In this document: in pieces, positions 33,866 to 44,059 of the stretch
How positions within the stretch are numbered: the first letter of the stretch is position 1
Layout: every line of letters begins with the position of its first letter
Source of the DNA: a virus
Virus record (IMG/VR): IMGVR_UViG_3300015063_000001
Coordinates: 779 to 64,778 of that record
Strand: one strand, 5' to 3'
DNA: 64,000 nucleotides
Made by a program: the position numbers and the translations under genes
The notes under the pieces: model-generated
Database searches by the model: none
Told to the model about the DNA's origin: nothing
What the model saw: only the letters and a program-made list of their open reading frames with translations

Positions 33866-36800
33866 CCAAAACTAGGTCAATCATCTTCGCCGCTGTGGCG
33901 GCGTTTATGTTCCCCGTCGTCGCGCAAGCTGACTGCAGCGGGCAGTATGCTGCCGGCCAGGTCTGCGGCAATTCCGGCGCGGCATTAGGTCTCCCGACCG
34001 CCCAGGGCCTAAGCCCGATCCTCGATCGTAACTTTGGCGCCCCTTCCGCGCAAGGAACGATGCTCAATCGTGGCGCGTCGTTGTGGTCTGCGACACCAAC
34101 TCCGGTTTTGGGCATCGCCGGCGCGACTGACGGAACGCTTGGGCTGGCGGCGATCGGCGGCGGCGTAACGACAATTAAAGGATCCGCGGCGAGCAACTAC
34201 ACGTTCAAACTGCCTTCGTCCGGAGGGACGAGTGGATATTTTTTGACAACGGATGGTGCTGGAAATACGTCTTGGGTTAGCGCGAGCGGCAGCGTTAGCA
34301 GTGTCGGGCTTGCTGCGCCCGGTGAGTTCACCGTTTCAGGATCGCCGGTTACTAATTCAGGAACACTAACCCTCACCAAAGCCACGCAAGTAAAAAACCT
34401 TGTATGGGCCGGTCCAACTACCGGCTCTGACGCGCAGCCGACATTCCGCGCGCTTGTCGGCGCCGATCTTCCTAATCCGTCAGCGTCTACGCTTGGCGGC
34501 ATCAGGTCTCTAGTTGCCGTCTCGCATCAGTGGATCAACGCGATATCGACATTGGGCGTGCCGTCGGCGACCCAGCCGGGGTTCAGTGATCTTTCGGGAA
34601 CGGTGGCTATTAGCCAGATCCAGCCCATCTCAAACAATACCGTTATTGGGAACAACACTGGCGCTACGGCGCCGCCGATCTTGCTCTCACCGTCGAACGT
34701 GCTCGACATTATCGGCGCTGTCCAGGGCGACGTGCTTTATCGGAACGCCTCTGCGTGGGTGGCGTTGGCCCCCGGCACAAACGGGCAAGTTCTGACGTCT
34801 AGTGGCGCCGCCGCTAATCCGACATGGACTACGGTTAGCGGCACCGGCACGGTTACCAATATCGCTACCGGAACAGGTCTTACTGGCGGCCCCATTACGG
34901 CAACGGGGACTATTTCCTTCGCCTCGATCGCGGATGGGAATGTTCTCGCCAACGTCAGCGGCGGAAGCGCTGCGCCAATAGCTAATACGCCAAGCGCCGT
35001 GCTCGACGTCATCGGAGCGGTACAAGGCGATGTTCTATATCGCGGCGTTTCGGCATGGCTTGCTCTTGCTCCAGGCGCAAGCGGACAGGTTCTCGCTACG
35101 CAAGGCGCTGGTGCTACCCCGCATTGGGTAACTCAAACAGCTTCGCAATGGACCACGACCGGATCGGATATTTATTACAACACCGGAAAGGTCGGCATTG
35201 GGAATACGGCTCCTACTGCATCGCTTACTGTTGGTCCCGTATTTGCGAACACGGCAACTTCCACAACGTTCACCACGAATGCCGGCGCGCTCGGTACGAC
35301 CGCGACGAATACGCTTCGCTTGGGAAGCCTAGGCTTCACCTCGACAAACGAAGACCATCTTGGGGTTATGGCCTATCGCACTGCGAACGGGTCAAGCCAT
35401 TTCACGACCGCGATCGGTCTTGGCGTCGACGTCGATAGCACGCCGTTTACTGTGGCGAATGGTCTTTGGTTCTACGATCAATCCGGATACGTCGGTCTAG
35501 GCGTAGCCATCCCGACCGCTCGGCTTTCTATCAACGATCCAACGTCGACCTACAATGGCGGCTTGGGAAATATTCTGATTACCAATTCGGCGGATACCAC
35601 GAAGCAACTCGGTATTGGCTACGACACGGCCCTAGGTGCGAACGGCTCTGGCTGGGTTCAGGCGACTAAGACTGGGGCTGCCTTTACGCCGTTTTTGCTT
35701 AACCCGAATGGCGGCAACGTCGGCGTCGGCACGACGGCCCCACTTGCGCGGTTTAGTGTCTACGATGCGACTGCGGCTTATAATGGTGGCGTCGGCAATA
35801 TTCTCATTACTAATTCTGCGGACAATAACAAGCAACTTGAAATTGGATACGACACTGCCCTTGGCGCCAACGGTTCCGGGTGGATACAAGCCATTAAGCT
35901 TGGAACGGCGTATACGCCATTGTTGCTCAATCCTACCGCAGGCAACGTAGGCATCGGCACTATTGCGCCGACTGAACAACTACACACGACCGGCGGCGTT
36001 CGTTTTGCGAGCTTCGGCCGTGGCAATGCCATTTTTAGCGATACTGGGAAAATTTTTTCGTCGCCCAATACTTACAATGTCATTGCATATGGGGCAAACA
36101 TCACTACGCCAGGATTCAATAATTATACCGCAATTCAAGGCGCTCTGACTGACGCGGCCAATGGTGGCACGGTTTATCTGCCATGCGGCAAATATCAAAT
36201 TGACGCCGAGCTAACTCTTACAATCGCAACTCATCGCTCCGTCACAATCCAGGGCGACGGGCAGGATTGCACAATTTTGTATTTTAGCGGCACAGACGGC
36301 ATATTCATAACGGCTGTAGATATTACTAGTTCATTTCATCTCAAGGGCATGTCTATTACTACAGGCAACATCAATGCTAATACTGGCGTCTATGCCACGC
36401 ATACTACTGGATGCAATCAATACCCCGGAACCAATCCTGAAAGCACTGTCGAAAACGTAACCTTCCGTGGAGATGATGGTTATCATCAGACGGAATATTG
36501 GAATATTGGATTAGAGGTTGTTGACATATCTAACGTCAACATAAACGGCTTTGCATTCCATGGTCCATCGGCGGGTACCTATGGCGGGACCGGACTTATC
36601 TTAACCGGAAGAAAGGCTGCTGGTAGTGGTAACGCTTGTAGTCCTGGTGCTGATATCGGCGCTGTCTACAGTATCGATAGTAGCATTATTTCGTCAGCCG
36701 CGAACGGGCTTGTTTATGGTGACGAAATCCAAGGCGTGACTATTTCAAATACAAACTTTCAATTCCTGAATAATCCAGGCGGCGGCATATATCATCATGG

Positions 36801-37263
36801 CGATGGCATCGTCGCCACCGGCACGAACATGGACCAGCTTGCCGTTGTTAACACCCAATTCGGGTCGCTCGATCACGGTATCTTGGCCAACAATACAAGC
36901 AACCCGATAAACTCTCTTTCTGTTTCTAACAGCCTATTTATTCTTTACGATGGGGCATATGGGCTCACCTTAAACAGTAGCCAGTTCACCGTTGTCGGAA
37001 ATGTGTTTACTAGCGGCTCCGGTGGCACAACGCTTTGGGGGATCGACGTTCTGAAATCTACTCAAGGCGTTATTACCGGGAACTCGTTCAACAGTTTGGC
37101 GATTGGCGTCAATCTTCGCTCGGGCGTCCCTGCCGCTTATGGGATAAGCGTGAAGAATAATACATGGTACAACAACACAATCGACGTACAGGATTGGGTT
37201 ACGGCGTACCATGTAAATAACGCTGGCACTGTCGCGAACAGCATCGGGACGGCATCGCCGTAA
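33862..37263 (+). CDS. tail fibre/tailspike with signal peptide, duplicated modules and C-terminal pectate-lyase-like depolymerase domain
   Basis: ATG 33862 is coupled to the upstream stop; repeated GDVLYR..W.ALAPG..GQVL and VGIGT.AP modules; YNVIAYGA...TAIQGAL...GGTVYLPCGKY. Confidence 0.85.
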   Translation: MTKTRSIIFAAVAAFMFPVVAQADCSGQYAAGQVCGNSGAALGLPTAQGLSPILDRNFGAPSAQGTMLNRGASLWSATPTPVLGIAGATDGTLGLAAIGGGVTTIKGSAASNYTFKLPSSGGTSGYFLTTDGAGNTSWVSASGSVSSVGLAAPGEFTVSGSPVTNSGTLTLTKATQVKNLVWAGPTTGSDAQPTFRALVGADLPNPSASTLGGIRSLVAVSHQWINAISTLGVPSATQPGFSDLSGTVAISQIQPISNNTVIGNNTGATAPPILLSPSNVLDIIGAVQGDVLYRNASAWVALAPGTNGQVLTSSGAAANPTWTTVSGTGTVTNIATGTGLTGGPITATGTISFASIADGNVLANVSGGSAAPIANTPSAVLDVIGAVQGDVLYRGVSAWLALAPGASGQVLATQGAGATPHWVTQTASQWTTTGSDIYYNTGKVGIGNTAPTASLTVGPVFANTATSTTFTTNAGALGTTATNTLRLGSLGFTSTNEDHLGVMAYRTANGSSHFTTAIGLGVDVDSTPFTVANGLWFYDQSGYVGLGVAIPTARLSINDPTSTYNGGLGNILITNSADTTKQLGIGYDTALGANGSGWVQATKTGAAFTPFLLNPNGGNVGVGTTAPLARFSVYDATAAYNGGVGNILITNSADNNKQLEIGYDTALGANGSGWIQAIKLGTAYTPLLLNPTAGNVGIGTIAPTEQLHTTGGVRFASFGRGNAIFSDTGKIFSSPNTYNVIAYGANITTPGFNNYTAIQGALTDAANGGTVYLPCGKYQIDAELTLTIATHRSVTIQGDGQDCTILYFSGTDGIFITAVDITSSFHLKGMSITTGNINANTGVYATHTTGCNQYPGTNPESTVENVTFRGDDGYHQTEYWNIGLEVVDISNVNINGFAFHGPSAGTYGGTGLILTGRKAAGSGNACSPGADIGAVYSIDSSIISSAANGLVYGDEIQGVTISNTNFQFLNNPGGGIYHHGDGIVATGTNMDQLAVVNTQFGSLDHGILANNTSNPINSLSVSNSLFILYDGAYGLTLNSSQFTVVGNVFTSGSGGTTLWGIDVLKSTQGVITGNSFNSLAIGVNLRSGVPAAYGISVKNNTWYNNTIDVQDWVTAYHVNNAGTVANSIGTASP
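35518..35973 (+). repeat. tandem 228-bp (76-aa) in-frame duplication in the tailspike
   Basis: YNGG.GNILITNSAD..KQL.IGYDTALGANGSGW.QA.K.G.A.TP.LLNP..GNVG occurs twice, 228 nt apart. Confidence 0.9.
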
Positions 37264-37277
37264 CACTTGAGGTTTCC

Positions 37278-37976
37278 TTGGACTACGCAGGCTTCGTAAC
37301 GACGCTGGCAAATATGTTGGTCATCCCGCCGACGGACGCGAACTATGTACAGGTTTTGCCGGCTATCATTACGGATGCCGAGCAGCGCCTTTACCGCGAG
37401 CTCGATCTGCTCTCGACCATCGTCCGGGATACGAGCGGAACGCTTACGGCCAATAGCCGGAATTTCACCTTCCCGCAGCATTTCGTGGTGTCGGAAAGCA
37501 TAAACGTTTTCACGCCAGCCGGCACGCAGACAAACCGCAATCAGCTTGTGCCGGTGACACGGGAGTTTCTTGACGCGATTTGGGCCAATGAGGCCTCGGC
37601 CACAACGCCGTCCGTCCCGACCTACTATGCGATGATAACCGACCAGACCATTATCGTCGGGCCACCGCCGGATGCGGCATATAAAGTCGAGGTCATCGGA
37701 ACGATTAGGCCAGCGCCGCTGAGCGCCGGCAATACGACAACGTACCTCTCGCTTTATTTGGCCGACCTGTTTTTGTGCGAGGCGCTTATTTTCGGCTACG
37801 GCTACTTGAAGGACTACGGCGCCGCTGTTGACGATCCGCAAAGTTCGGCATCATGGTCGGCGCATTACAAAGACTTGTGGCAGTCGGCCAACACCGAAGA
37901 AAACCGCAAGAAATACGCATCGCAGGCCTGGACGCCGAAGCAGCCGGCACCTCTCGCCACACCGCCAAGGGCATAA
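37278..37976 (+). CDS. second head-tail adaptor-like protein
   Basis: SD GAGG plus TTG; MDY...II..AEQRLYREL; P.YYA; VGPPPDAAY.VEV. Confidence 0.8.
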   Translation: MDYAGFVTTLANMLVIPPTDANYVQVLPAIITDAEQRLYRELDLLSTIVRDTSGTLTANSRNFTFPQHFVVSESINVFTPAGTQTNRNQLVPVTREFLDAIWANEASATTPSVPTYYAMITDQTIIVGPPPDAAYKVEVIGTIRPAPLSAGNTTTYLSLYLADLFLCEALIFGYGYLKDYGAAVDDPQSSASWSAHYKDLWQSANTEENRKKYASQAWTPKQPAPLATPPRA

Positions 37977-37979
37977 GAA

Positions 37980-38945
37980 ATGTCGGACCCGCAAACAACT
38001 TCGCTAGGCGCATATGTGCCCCCAACCGGCAGTGACGTGGGCACCTGGGCGTTCCCCGTCAACGCTAATACAAGTGTGATGGACAGCCTTGCGGCGAATG
38101 TTTTTACCATCCCGCTTTCAAACATTCCCGTCACTCTGACGACGCCGCCTAATTCCGGCTCTGCATGGGCGGGACCATACAGTGCCCAAAGCGCGGTCAT
38201 CCGCTTTACTGGGGTGCTGACTGCGGACGTGACCGTGACTCTCCCGAGGTCAGGATTTTTTATCGTCCAGAACAAATGCACGGTCGGCGCCTTCGTGGTC
38301 ATCTTGGCGTCGAGCGCGCCGGGTAATGTTATCTGCGCGCCGCCTGGGGAATCCATCCATGTGTTTTCCGATGGCGTGGATATGGAATACGTCGCGCTTG
38401 GCCGGATCAACGCCTATGAGGACTTTGCCGGAAGCACAGTTCCAAGGTGGATTACGGCCTGCACCATTCCGCCATATCTGAATTGCAATGGGGCCACGTT
38501 CAGCGGGACAACATATCCGAACACGGCGGCTTATCTCGGTGGCACGACACTGCCTGACGCGCGTGGCCGCACAAGGTTTGCTCTCAATCAAACCACCGGC
38601 CGCATAACGTTGGCTGCTGGGTTCGGCATTGATGGAAACACGCTCGCCGCCGCTGGCGGGTCCCAGACCCTTACGCAAGATTCTCTGCCAGCCGTATCTC
38701 CTACATTTACCGGATCATCATCTACCTTTAACTCAAATCAGGGCGATATTCTTAGAAACCCGAGCGGTTTCCAATCGGCTGGGTTCGCTGGCAATAGCGG
38801 GTTTGGTCTAGCGACCGGATACTTCGGTGGCTTTACGATACAAGTGACTGGTATCCCCAACGGCAACATAAGCGCACTTGGTAGCGGCGACAATTTCTTG
38901 CCGCCTGGATTTGTTGGTGGCTTGACCCTGATTCGTGCGGGGTAA
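37980..38945 (+). CDS. tail fibre protein with tail-collar-like domain
   Basis: YLNCNGATFSGTTYP...LGGTTLPDARGR. Confidence 0.8.
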   Translation: MSDPQTTSLGAYVPPTGSDVGTWAFPVNANTSVMDSLAANVFTIPLSNIPVTLTTPPNSGSAWAGPYSAQSAVIRFTGVLTADVTVTLPRSGFFIVQNKCTVGAFVVILASSAPGNVICAPPGESIHVFSDGVDMEYVALGRINAYEDFAGSTVPRWITACTIPPYLNCNGATFSGTTYPNTAAYLGGTTLPDARGRTRFALNQTTGRITLAAGFGIDGNTLAAAGGSQTLTQDSLPAVSPTFTGSSSTFNSNQGDILRNPSGFQSAGFAGNSGFGLATGYFGGFTIQVTGIPNGNISALGSGDNFLPPGFVGGLTLIRAG

Positions 38946-38948
38946 TTT

Positions 38949-40982
38949 ATGTTTGGGTCGCTATCTCTTACTCCAGGCCTGAACAGCGAACGCACGCCAA
39001 CTTTATTGCGAGCGGGCTATTCGCAAAGCAGCCTGATTAGATTCAAGGATGGGCTGGCGCAGAAATACGGCGGCTGGCTGAAGCTTTACAGCTATCCTGT
39101 GGCTGGCGTTCCGCGCGATCTTCACGCATGGGAAGACCTCAACAATAAAACGCATCTTGCGGTCGGAACGACCACGCAACTCGGCGTCATTACCGGAAAC
39201 TCCCTAAAGGACATAACCCCGCAAACCTTTATTTCTGATTTTACGCCTAATTTTTCGACGACAATAAATAGCCCTATTGTCGATATCGTCGACCACAACA
39301 TAGCGAACGTCACGCTGAACGACTCTGTATTTTTCAATACGCCGGTTTCGGTTGGTGGTCTTATTCTTGACGGCCTATATCCGATTACGGAAATAACGGG
39401 ACTTCACTCTTACCAAATCACTGCAGAAAAAAACGCGACCAGCACCACTAGCCCCGGTGTTATCCCTGTATTTACAACGACAGCCGGGAGCGCGACCGTC
39501 TCTGTCGCATTCCATGCCCACGGGCAAAGTCTTCCTTCAACGGTTGTTTTTGCTATTCCGACCACCGCCAACGGCGTAACGATAGACGCCGCCTATTCAA
39601 TCGCGACTATCGTGGACGCAGATACTTTCACGATTATAGCAAGCACTCAGGCCACAGCTAGTTCATCGTTCCCGATGAACGGCGGAAATGCGGAACTGGT
39701 CTATTACATTTCTTATGGACCGCCGCCCCTTGGCATTGGTTTTGGTCTCGGTGGTTTTGGCCTTGGCGGCTTTGGCACAGGCATCGTCCCGACCGACCAG
39801 ACCGGGACAGCAATCACCGCGACGGATTGGACAAGCGACAACTGGGGCGAAATCCTTGTCGCATGCCCACGCGGCGGCGGGATTTATTATTGGGACCCGA
39901 TCGGCGGGTTTGTTAATGCCTCTTTGGTTTCGAGCGGCCCTATATTCAATAACGGCATTTTCGTTTCAATGTCGCAACAGATCCTTGTTGCTTATGGGTC
40001 GACCGTTCATCAAGGCATAGGATACCAGCAACAGCCGCTTCTTGTGCAGTGGAGCGATGTCTCGAATTTCTTTGAATACCGCGCGATCGCGGCGACACAG
40101 GCAGGTAACTTTGTCATTCCGATTGGCTCCGCAATCATGGGCGGTATGGCTGTTTCAAATCAAAACCTTATTTGGACCGATCTGGACCTCTGGGCCATGT
40201 CTTATATCGGCCCTCCGAACGTATTCGGATTTAACAAGATCGGAGCCGGCGCCGGGCTTGTGTCTTCGCATGCGGCGCAGCAATTGCGCGGCAGTGTGTA
40301 TTGGATGGGCAGAACGAATTTCTATAGCTACACCAGTAGCGGCGCGAACGTGTTGCCGTGCCCGGTATGGGACGAGGTTTTCCAAAATCTCAATACGGCC
40401 TATCTACAAAATATCAGGTCAATGCCGAATACCCCATTCAATGAGGTGGGATGGCTTTATCCTAGTTCGGCGAGCACAAACGGCGAATGCGATAGCTATG
40501 TGAAATTCAACATTACCGATCCTGGCGCCCCGTGGGATTACGGTCCGATGCAGCGCTCGGCGTGGATCGATCAGACCGTACTGGGGATGCCAGTCGGGGC
40601 TTCGCCTTCTGGACTCATCTATCAGCACGAAACTACGCCTGACGCCGACGGGCAGCCATTGGTCGCATCGTTCACCACGGGTTTTTTCTATCTGGCGGAA
40701 GGCGAGGAATACGTATTCGTCGATCAAATTCTACCGGATTTCCGCTGGACGACCATTAACGGCGGCACGTCTGCTCAAATCCAGATATCGTTCAATGTTG
40801 TGAACTACCCAGGAGACACGCCGGTAGTCTACGGCCCCTACACTGTCACGCAAGCCAATCAGTACATAAGCACGCGGTTCCGTGGCAGGCTTGTGAGCAT
40901 CACGGTTTCATCGAGCGATGTCGGAAGTTTCTGGCGCTTAGGTAGCCCAAAAATCCGCATGGCCTCGGCAGGGAGACGGTAA
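38949..40982 (+). CDS. tail nozzle / head-closure protein (P22 gp10-like)
   Basis: PGLNSE.T...RFKDG..QKYGGW; beta-propeller-like body; DQILPDF; WRLG..R...GRR*. Confidence 0.8.
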   Translation: MFGSLSLTPGLNSERTPTLLRAGYSQSSLIRFKDGLAQKYGGWLKLYSYPVAGVPRDLHAWEDLNNKTHLAVGTTTQLGVITGNSLKDITPQTFISDFTPNFSTTINSPIVDIVDHNIANVTLNDSVFFNTPVSVGGLILDGLYPITEITGLHSYQITAEKNATSTTSPGVIPVFTTTAGSATVSVAFHAHGQSLPSTVVFAIPTTANGVTIDAAYSIATIVDADTFTIIASTQATASSSFPMNGGNAELVYYISYGPPPLGIGFGLGGFGLGGFGTGIVPTDQTGTAITATDWTSDNWGEILVACPRGGGIYYWDPIGGFVNASLVSSGPIFNNGIFVSMSQQILVAYGSTVHQGIGYQQQPLLVQWSDVSNFFEYRAIAATQAGNFVIPIGSAIMGGMAVSNQNLIWTDLDLWAMSYIGPPNVFGFNKIGAGAGLVSSHAAQQLRGSVYWMGRTNFYSYTSSGANVLPCPVWDEVFQNLNTAYLQNIRSMPNTPFNEVGWLYPSSASTNGECDSYVKFNITDPGAPWDYGPMQRSAWIDQTVLGMPVGASPSGLIYQHETTPDADGQPLVASFTTGFFYLAEGEEYVFVDQILPDFRWTTINGGTSAQIQISFNVVNYPGDTPVVYGPYTVTQANQYISTRFRGRLVSITVSSSDVGSFWRLGSPKIRMASAGRR

Positions 40983-40985
40983 AAG

Positions 40986-41456
40986 ATGGCACCGCCTAAA
41001 GATACGCGATCGATCAATGAAAGATTCGATTTATCATTCATTCCAGAGCCAAACTCTGGATGTTGGATATGGATGCGCGGAATTAGTAGCACTGGGTATG
41101 GCGCTTTTTGCATAGATGGGAAAACATATGGCGCTCATCGTATTTCTTATGAGCTTTATAAGGGCGCAATACCAATCAGGAAACAACTAGACCATCTTTG
41201 CAGAGTTCGATCCTGCGTTAATCCAGATCATTTAGAGATTGTCACACGTAAAGAAAATCTACGAAGAGGCGAGTCGTTTAGTGGGCTAAATTATAAGAAA
41301 ACCCACTGCATCCATGGGCACAAATTTTCTCGCGAAAACACTATATTTTATACAAAAAAGAATGGGGGCATATCTAGGCTATGTAGAAAATGCCGAGCAT
41401 GGCAATATTTAAACGTGGAAAAATTGGTCAGAGCCAATAAGAGGCGGGCACAATGA
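40986..41456 (+). CDS. HNH homing endonuclease with C-terminal zinc finger
   Basis: PEPNSGCWIW...AHRISYE...DHLCRVRSCVNPDHL; THCIHGH...CRKC. Confidence 0.92.
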   Translation: MAPPKDTRSINERFDLSFIPEPNSGCWIWMRGISSTGYGAFCIDGKTYGAHRISYELYKGAIPIRKQLDHLCRVRSCVNPDHLEIVTRKENLRRGESFSGLNYKKTHCIHGHKFSRENTIFYTKKNGGISRLCRKCRAWQYLNVEKLVRANKRRAQ

Positions 41457-41809
41457 GTATGGACCAATCAAACCAGGGCACCGCCGGCGTCACGGATGTT
41501 GTAACCGTTTTACAGCAAATTGCCCGCCAACTCGGCGGGTGGGTATTGGCATTTACCGGCAGAATTACGCAGGGGTCGTTTACGATGGCCGCCGCCGCCA
41601 CGACGGTAGTTCTCCAGCCGGCCGTGAAGGCAAATTCTAATATCTCTCTGACGGCTAAAAACGCCGCCGCCGGGACGCTTGTCGGAAGCGCCAAATCACC
41701 GTATGTTTCCGCTATCTCGCCGGGTGTGAGTTTCACGGTTGCGACCGCCAACGCGGCGGCTGCGGCCGGAACTGAGTTATTCGACTATCAGATCACCTCG
41801 ACGAGCTAG
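41453..41809 (+). CDS. virion structural protein
   Basis: ATGA overlap; Ala/Thr-rich beta protein. Confidence 0.7.
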   Translation: MSMDQSNQGTAGVTDVVTVLQQIARQLGGWVLAFTGRITQGSFTMAAAATTVVLQPAVKANSNISLTAKNAAAGTLVGSAKSPYVSAISPGVSFTVATANAAAAAGTELFDYQITSTS

Positions 41810-41815
41810 GGGCCG

Positions 41816-42979
41816 ATGCCTTTAATCCAAAGCGATAGCCGACCGGCCTTCAAAAGCAACCTTAAGGCTGAGCTCGCGGCCGGGAAACCAAGAGCGCAAT
41901 CTTTGGCGATCGCATTCGCGGTACAAAGGCGAAACCGCGCCCGTGGCGGCCCCGTTCGCGGCTATGACGGCGGCGGAATGGTTGGTCAGGATGGGTGGTC
42001 TGCCAACATGCGTCCGCCCGGCGCCTCGCCCGCCCCCACTGGGGTTGCCGGTCCCGTGCCGATGCCCATTGGCGCTCCGTCGCAAAACATGCCGCAAATG
42101 CCGCCCCCTGCCCCGTCAGGTCCTATGCCGGTGGGACAGCCACAAAACACGACGGCGATGGGCCCTGTGCCTATGCCAACCGGTGCCCCTAGCAGCGTAA
42201 TGCCGCCGTTTCCGCCCAGCGGGGCAATGCCGAGCGTCCCGGTGCCGCCTATGCCAGTCGATGGGCCCAACGGGGTAATGCCGTCGGACCAACAGAAAAT
42301 GCTATTTCCCAGTTCTCCGGGTGGGGCACCTGGCCCTGGCGGCTCCAATGGGAATATGGCAACGCCTCAGTTGTCCGGCACATTTGGCGGGGTCGCCCCG
42401 CCAGTAGAACCAATGAACCGTCCGCTCATGAGCACGGGCGGCGCGCTCGAGCGCGCAAGCGGCGGGTTCAACATGGCAAAAGGGCCGCACATCTCGCCGC
42501 CATGGCAGCAAAGGAATGAAATCAGGGGGATGACGACCGGGCCGATTCTGAGTGCCGTCCCCGGCCGCACAGACCGGCATTCGGTTACCGTCCCTGGATC
42601 GTCATATGTTCTCCCAAGCCAGCATGTTGCATCGCTTGGCCAGGGCAATACAATAGCTGGATTCGCGTCACTAAACCATATGTTCGGCCCAGGCGGACCG
42701 TATGGGTCTCCGTCCATGAAAATATCTCATGGGTCTGGTGCCCCTCATCCTCCGCGCCCAATGAAATTTTCCGACGGAGGCAGTCGCGATGATGGTGTTG
42801 GAAAGCCAACACCGGTAATTTTGAGTGGTGGGGAGTTCGTCATCGACCCGGAATCGGTGAGGATGATCGGGAAAGGTAGCATCAAAGAAGGGCACAAGAT
42901 TCTTGACGCCTGGGTGATGTCAACAAGACGACGCGAGATAGCAACTCAAAAGAAACTGCCACCACCAGCTAAAAAGTGA
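41816..42979 (+). CDS. Pro/Gly/Met-rich internal virion protein with basic-GG motifs
   Basis: AFKSNLKAELAAGKP..Q.LAIA; RARGG, RASGG, FSDGG; GRTD...YVLP; LSGGEFVI.P. Confidence 0.8.
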   Translation: MPLIQSDSRPAFKSNLKAELAAGKPRAQSLAIAFAVQRRNRARGGPVRGYDGGGMVGQDGWSANMRPPGASPAPTGVAGPVPMPIGAPSQNMPQMPPPAPSGPMPVGQPQNTTAMGPVPMPTGAPSSVMPPFPPSGAMPSVPVPPMPVDGPNGVMPSDQQKMLFPSSPGGAPGPGGSNGNMATPQLSGTFGGVAPPVEPMNRPLMSTGGALERASGGFNMAKGPHISPPWQQRNEIRGMTTGPILSAVPGRTDRHSVTVPGSSYVLPSQHVASLGQGNTIAGFASLNHMFGPGGPYGSPSMKISHGSGAPHPPRPMKFSDGGSRDDGVGKPTPVILSGGEFVIDPESVRMIGKGSIKEGHKILDAWVMSTRRREIATQKKLPPPAKK

Positions 42980-43035
42980 TATGAATTAAACGAGGCCCGC
43001 TAAGCGCTTAGGACGCCGCGAGCCTCTAACCGACC

Positions 43036-43052
43036 GAACCGCAGGAGGGTTC
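43036..43052 (+). promoter_or_regulatory. hairpin enclosing the SD of the HNH gene
   Basis: GAACC-gcaggag-GGTTC immediately before ATG 43054. Confidence 0.5.
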
Positions 43053-43053
43053 A

Positions 43054-43716
43054 ATGGCTAAGAAAGAGCCTAAGCATGAAGTCGTTTCACGTAAAGAGGC
43101 AAAGCAAACTGGATCAAAATACTATTTTACTGGAAACCCATGCCCGCACGGGCATTTTGATTTGCGGTATGCTTCAAACTGTCGGTGCCTAGAATGCGCA
43201 AAAATAGCTAGCAAAATCTACTACGGAGTGGATAGGCCAAAGAACAAAGAAAAGATAAATGCAAAAAAGAGACGGCAGAATAGGACCACGCGAAAGGATT
43301 CGATAAGACGATGGAATAAATACTACAGCGAAAAAAACAAAGACAAAATACGTAATCGCAGCAAGCTGCGGTATGACAACAATAAAGAGAAACTCGGCAA
43401 AGAACGACGACTAGCATATGCTAAAAATCCAGAGAGATTTAATGTCCACGCAAGAAATCGAAAATCGCGCGTTCGCCATAGCGGAGGCGTCCATACAGAA
43501 ATTGACATTGCTGAAATACTTAAGGCCCAGAATGGGCGATGCGCTTATTGTCGCAAGAAAGTTAACCGCAGTTATCATGTCGATCATATCGTCGCTCTAT
43601 CGCGTGGTGGGACAAACGCCCGTGCCAATCTTCAAATTACGTGCCCTTCATGTAATAGACATAAACACGCCACCGACCCAATCGACTATGCTCGCAAACT
43701 AGGAATGCTGTTGTAA
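43054..43716 (+). CDS. HNH homing endonuclease
   Basis: YFTGNPCPHGH; QNGRCAYC...HVDHIVALSRGGTN..ANLQITCPSCN. Confidence 0.92.
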   Translation: MAKKEPKHEVVSRKEAKQTGSKYYFTGNPCPHGHFDLRYASNCRCLECAKIASKIYYGVDRPKNKEKINAKKRRQNRTTRKDSIRRWNKYYSEKNKDKIRNRSKLRYDNNKEKLGKERRLAYAKNPERFNVHARNRKSRVRHSGGVHTEIDIAEILKAQNGRCAYCRKKVNRSYHVDHIVALSRGGTNARANLQITCPSCNRHKHATDPIDYARKLGMLL

Positions 43717-43737
43717 CCAAACCGAGAGATTTGAACC

Positions 43738-44055
43738 ATGAAATCAACTGACGCCGTTGGAATCACCTTTGCGAACGCCGTTGTCGGCCGCGGCATTTTG
43801 AACGAGGTTGTGAACGTGAATTTGGCAGCGCTAAATTTCACGCCGACTGATGATGGCAAAGCCATCGACCCGGATCCTGTGATCGTCGCGCGCCTCCGGA
43901 TGGACGTGCCGTGTGCGAAACAGCTTCACGAAGCGCTCGGCCAGCTTTTGGAGATCATCGACCAGGCCAAGTCCGCTGCCGCCACCGGTGCAGCGCCGCC
44001 GCCCGCTGAAATCACCACCGATGCTCCGGCTCCCGACGCGAAAGCGATGAACTAA
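43738..44055 (+). CDS. hypothetical protein
   Basis: 105 aa; GC3-rich. Confidence 0.7.
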   Translation: MKSTDAVGITFANAVVGRGILNEVVNVNLAALNFTPTDDGKAIDPDPVIVARLRMDVPCAKQLHEALGQLLEIIDQAKSAAATGAAPPPAEITTDAPAPDAKAMN

Positions 44056-44059
44056 GCCA

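Noticed and set aside
35518-35973. DGR template/variable repeat pair in the tailspike
   Set aside because: Both copies are in frame in one gene, differences are not confined to adenines, and there is no RT.
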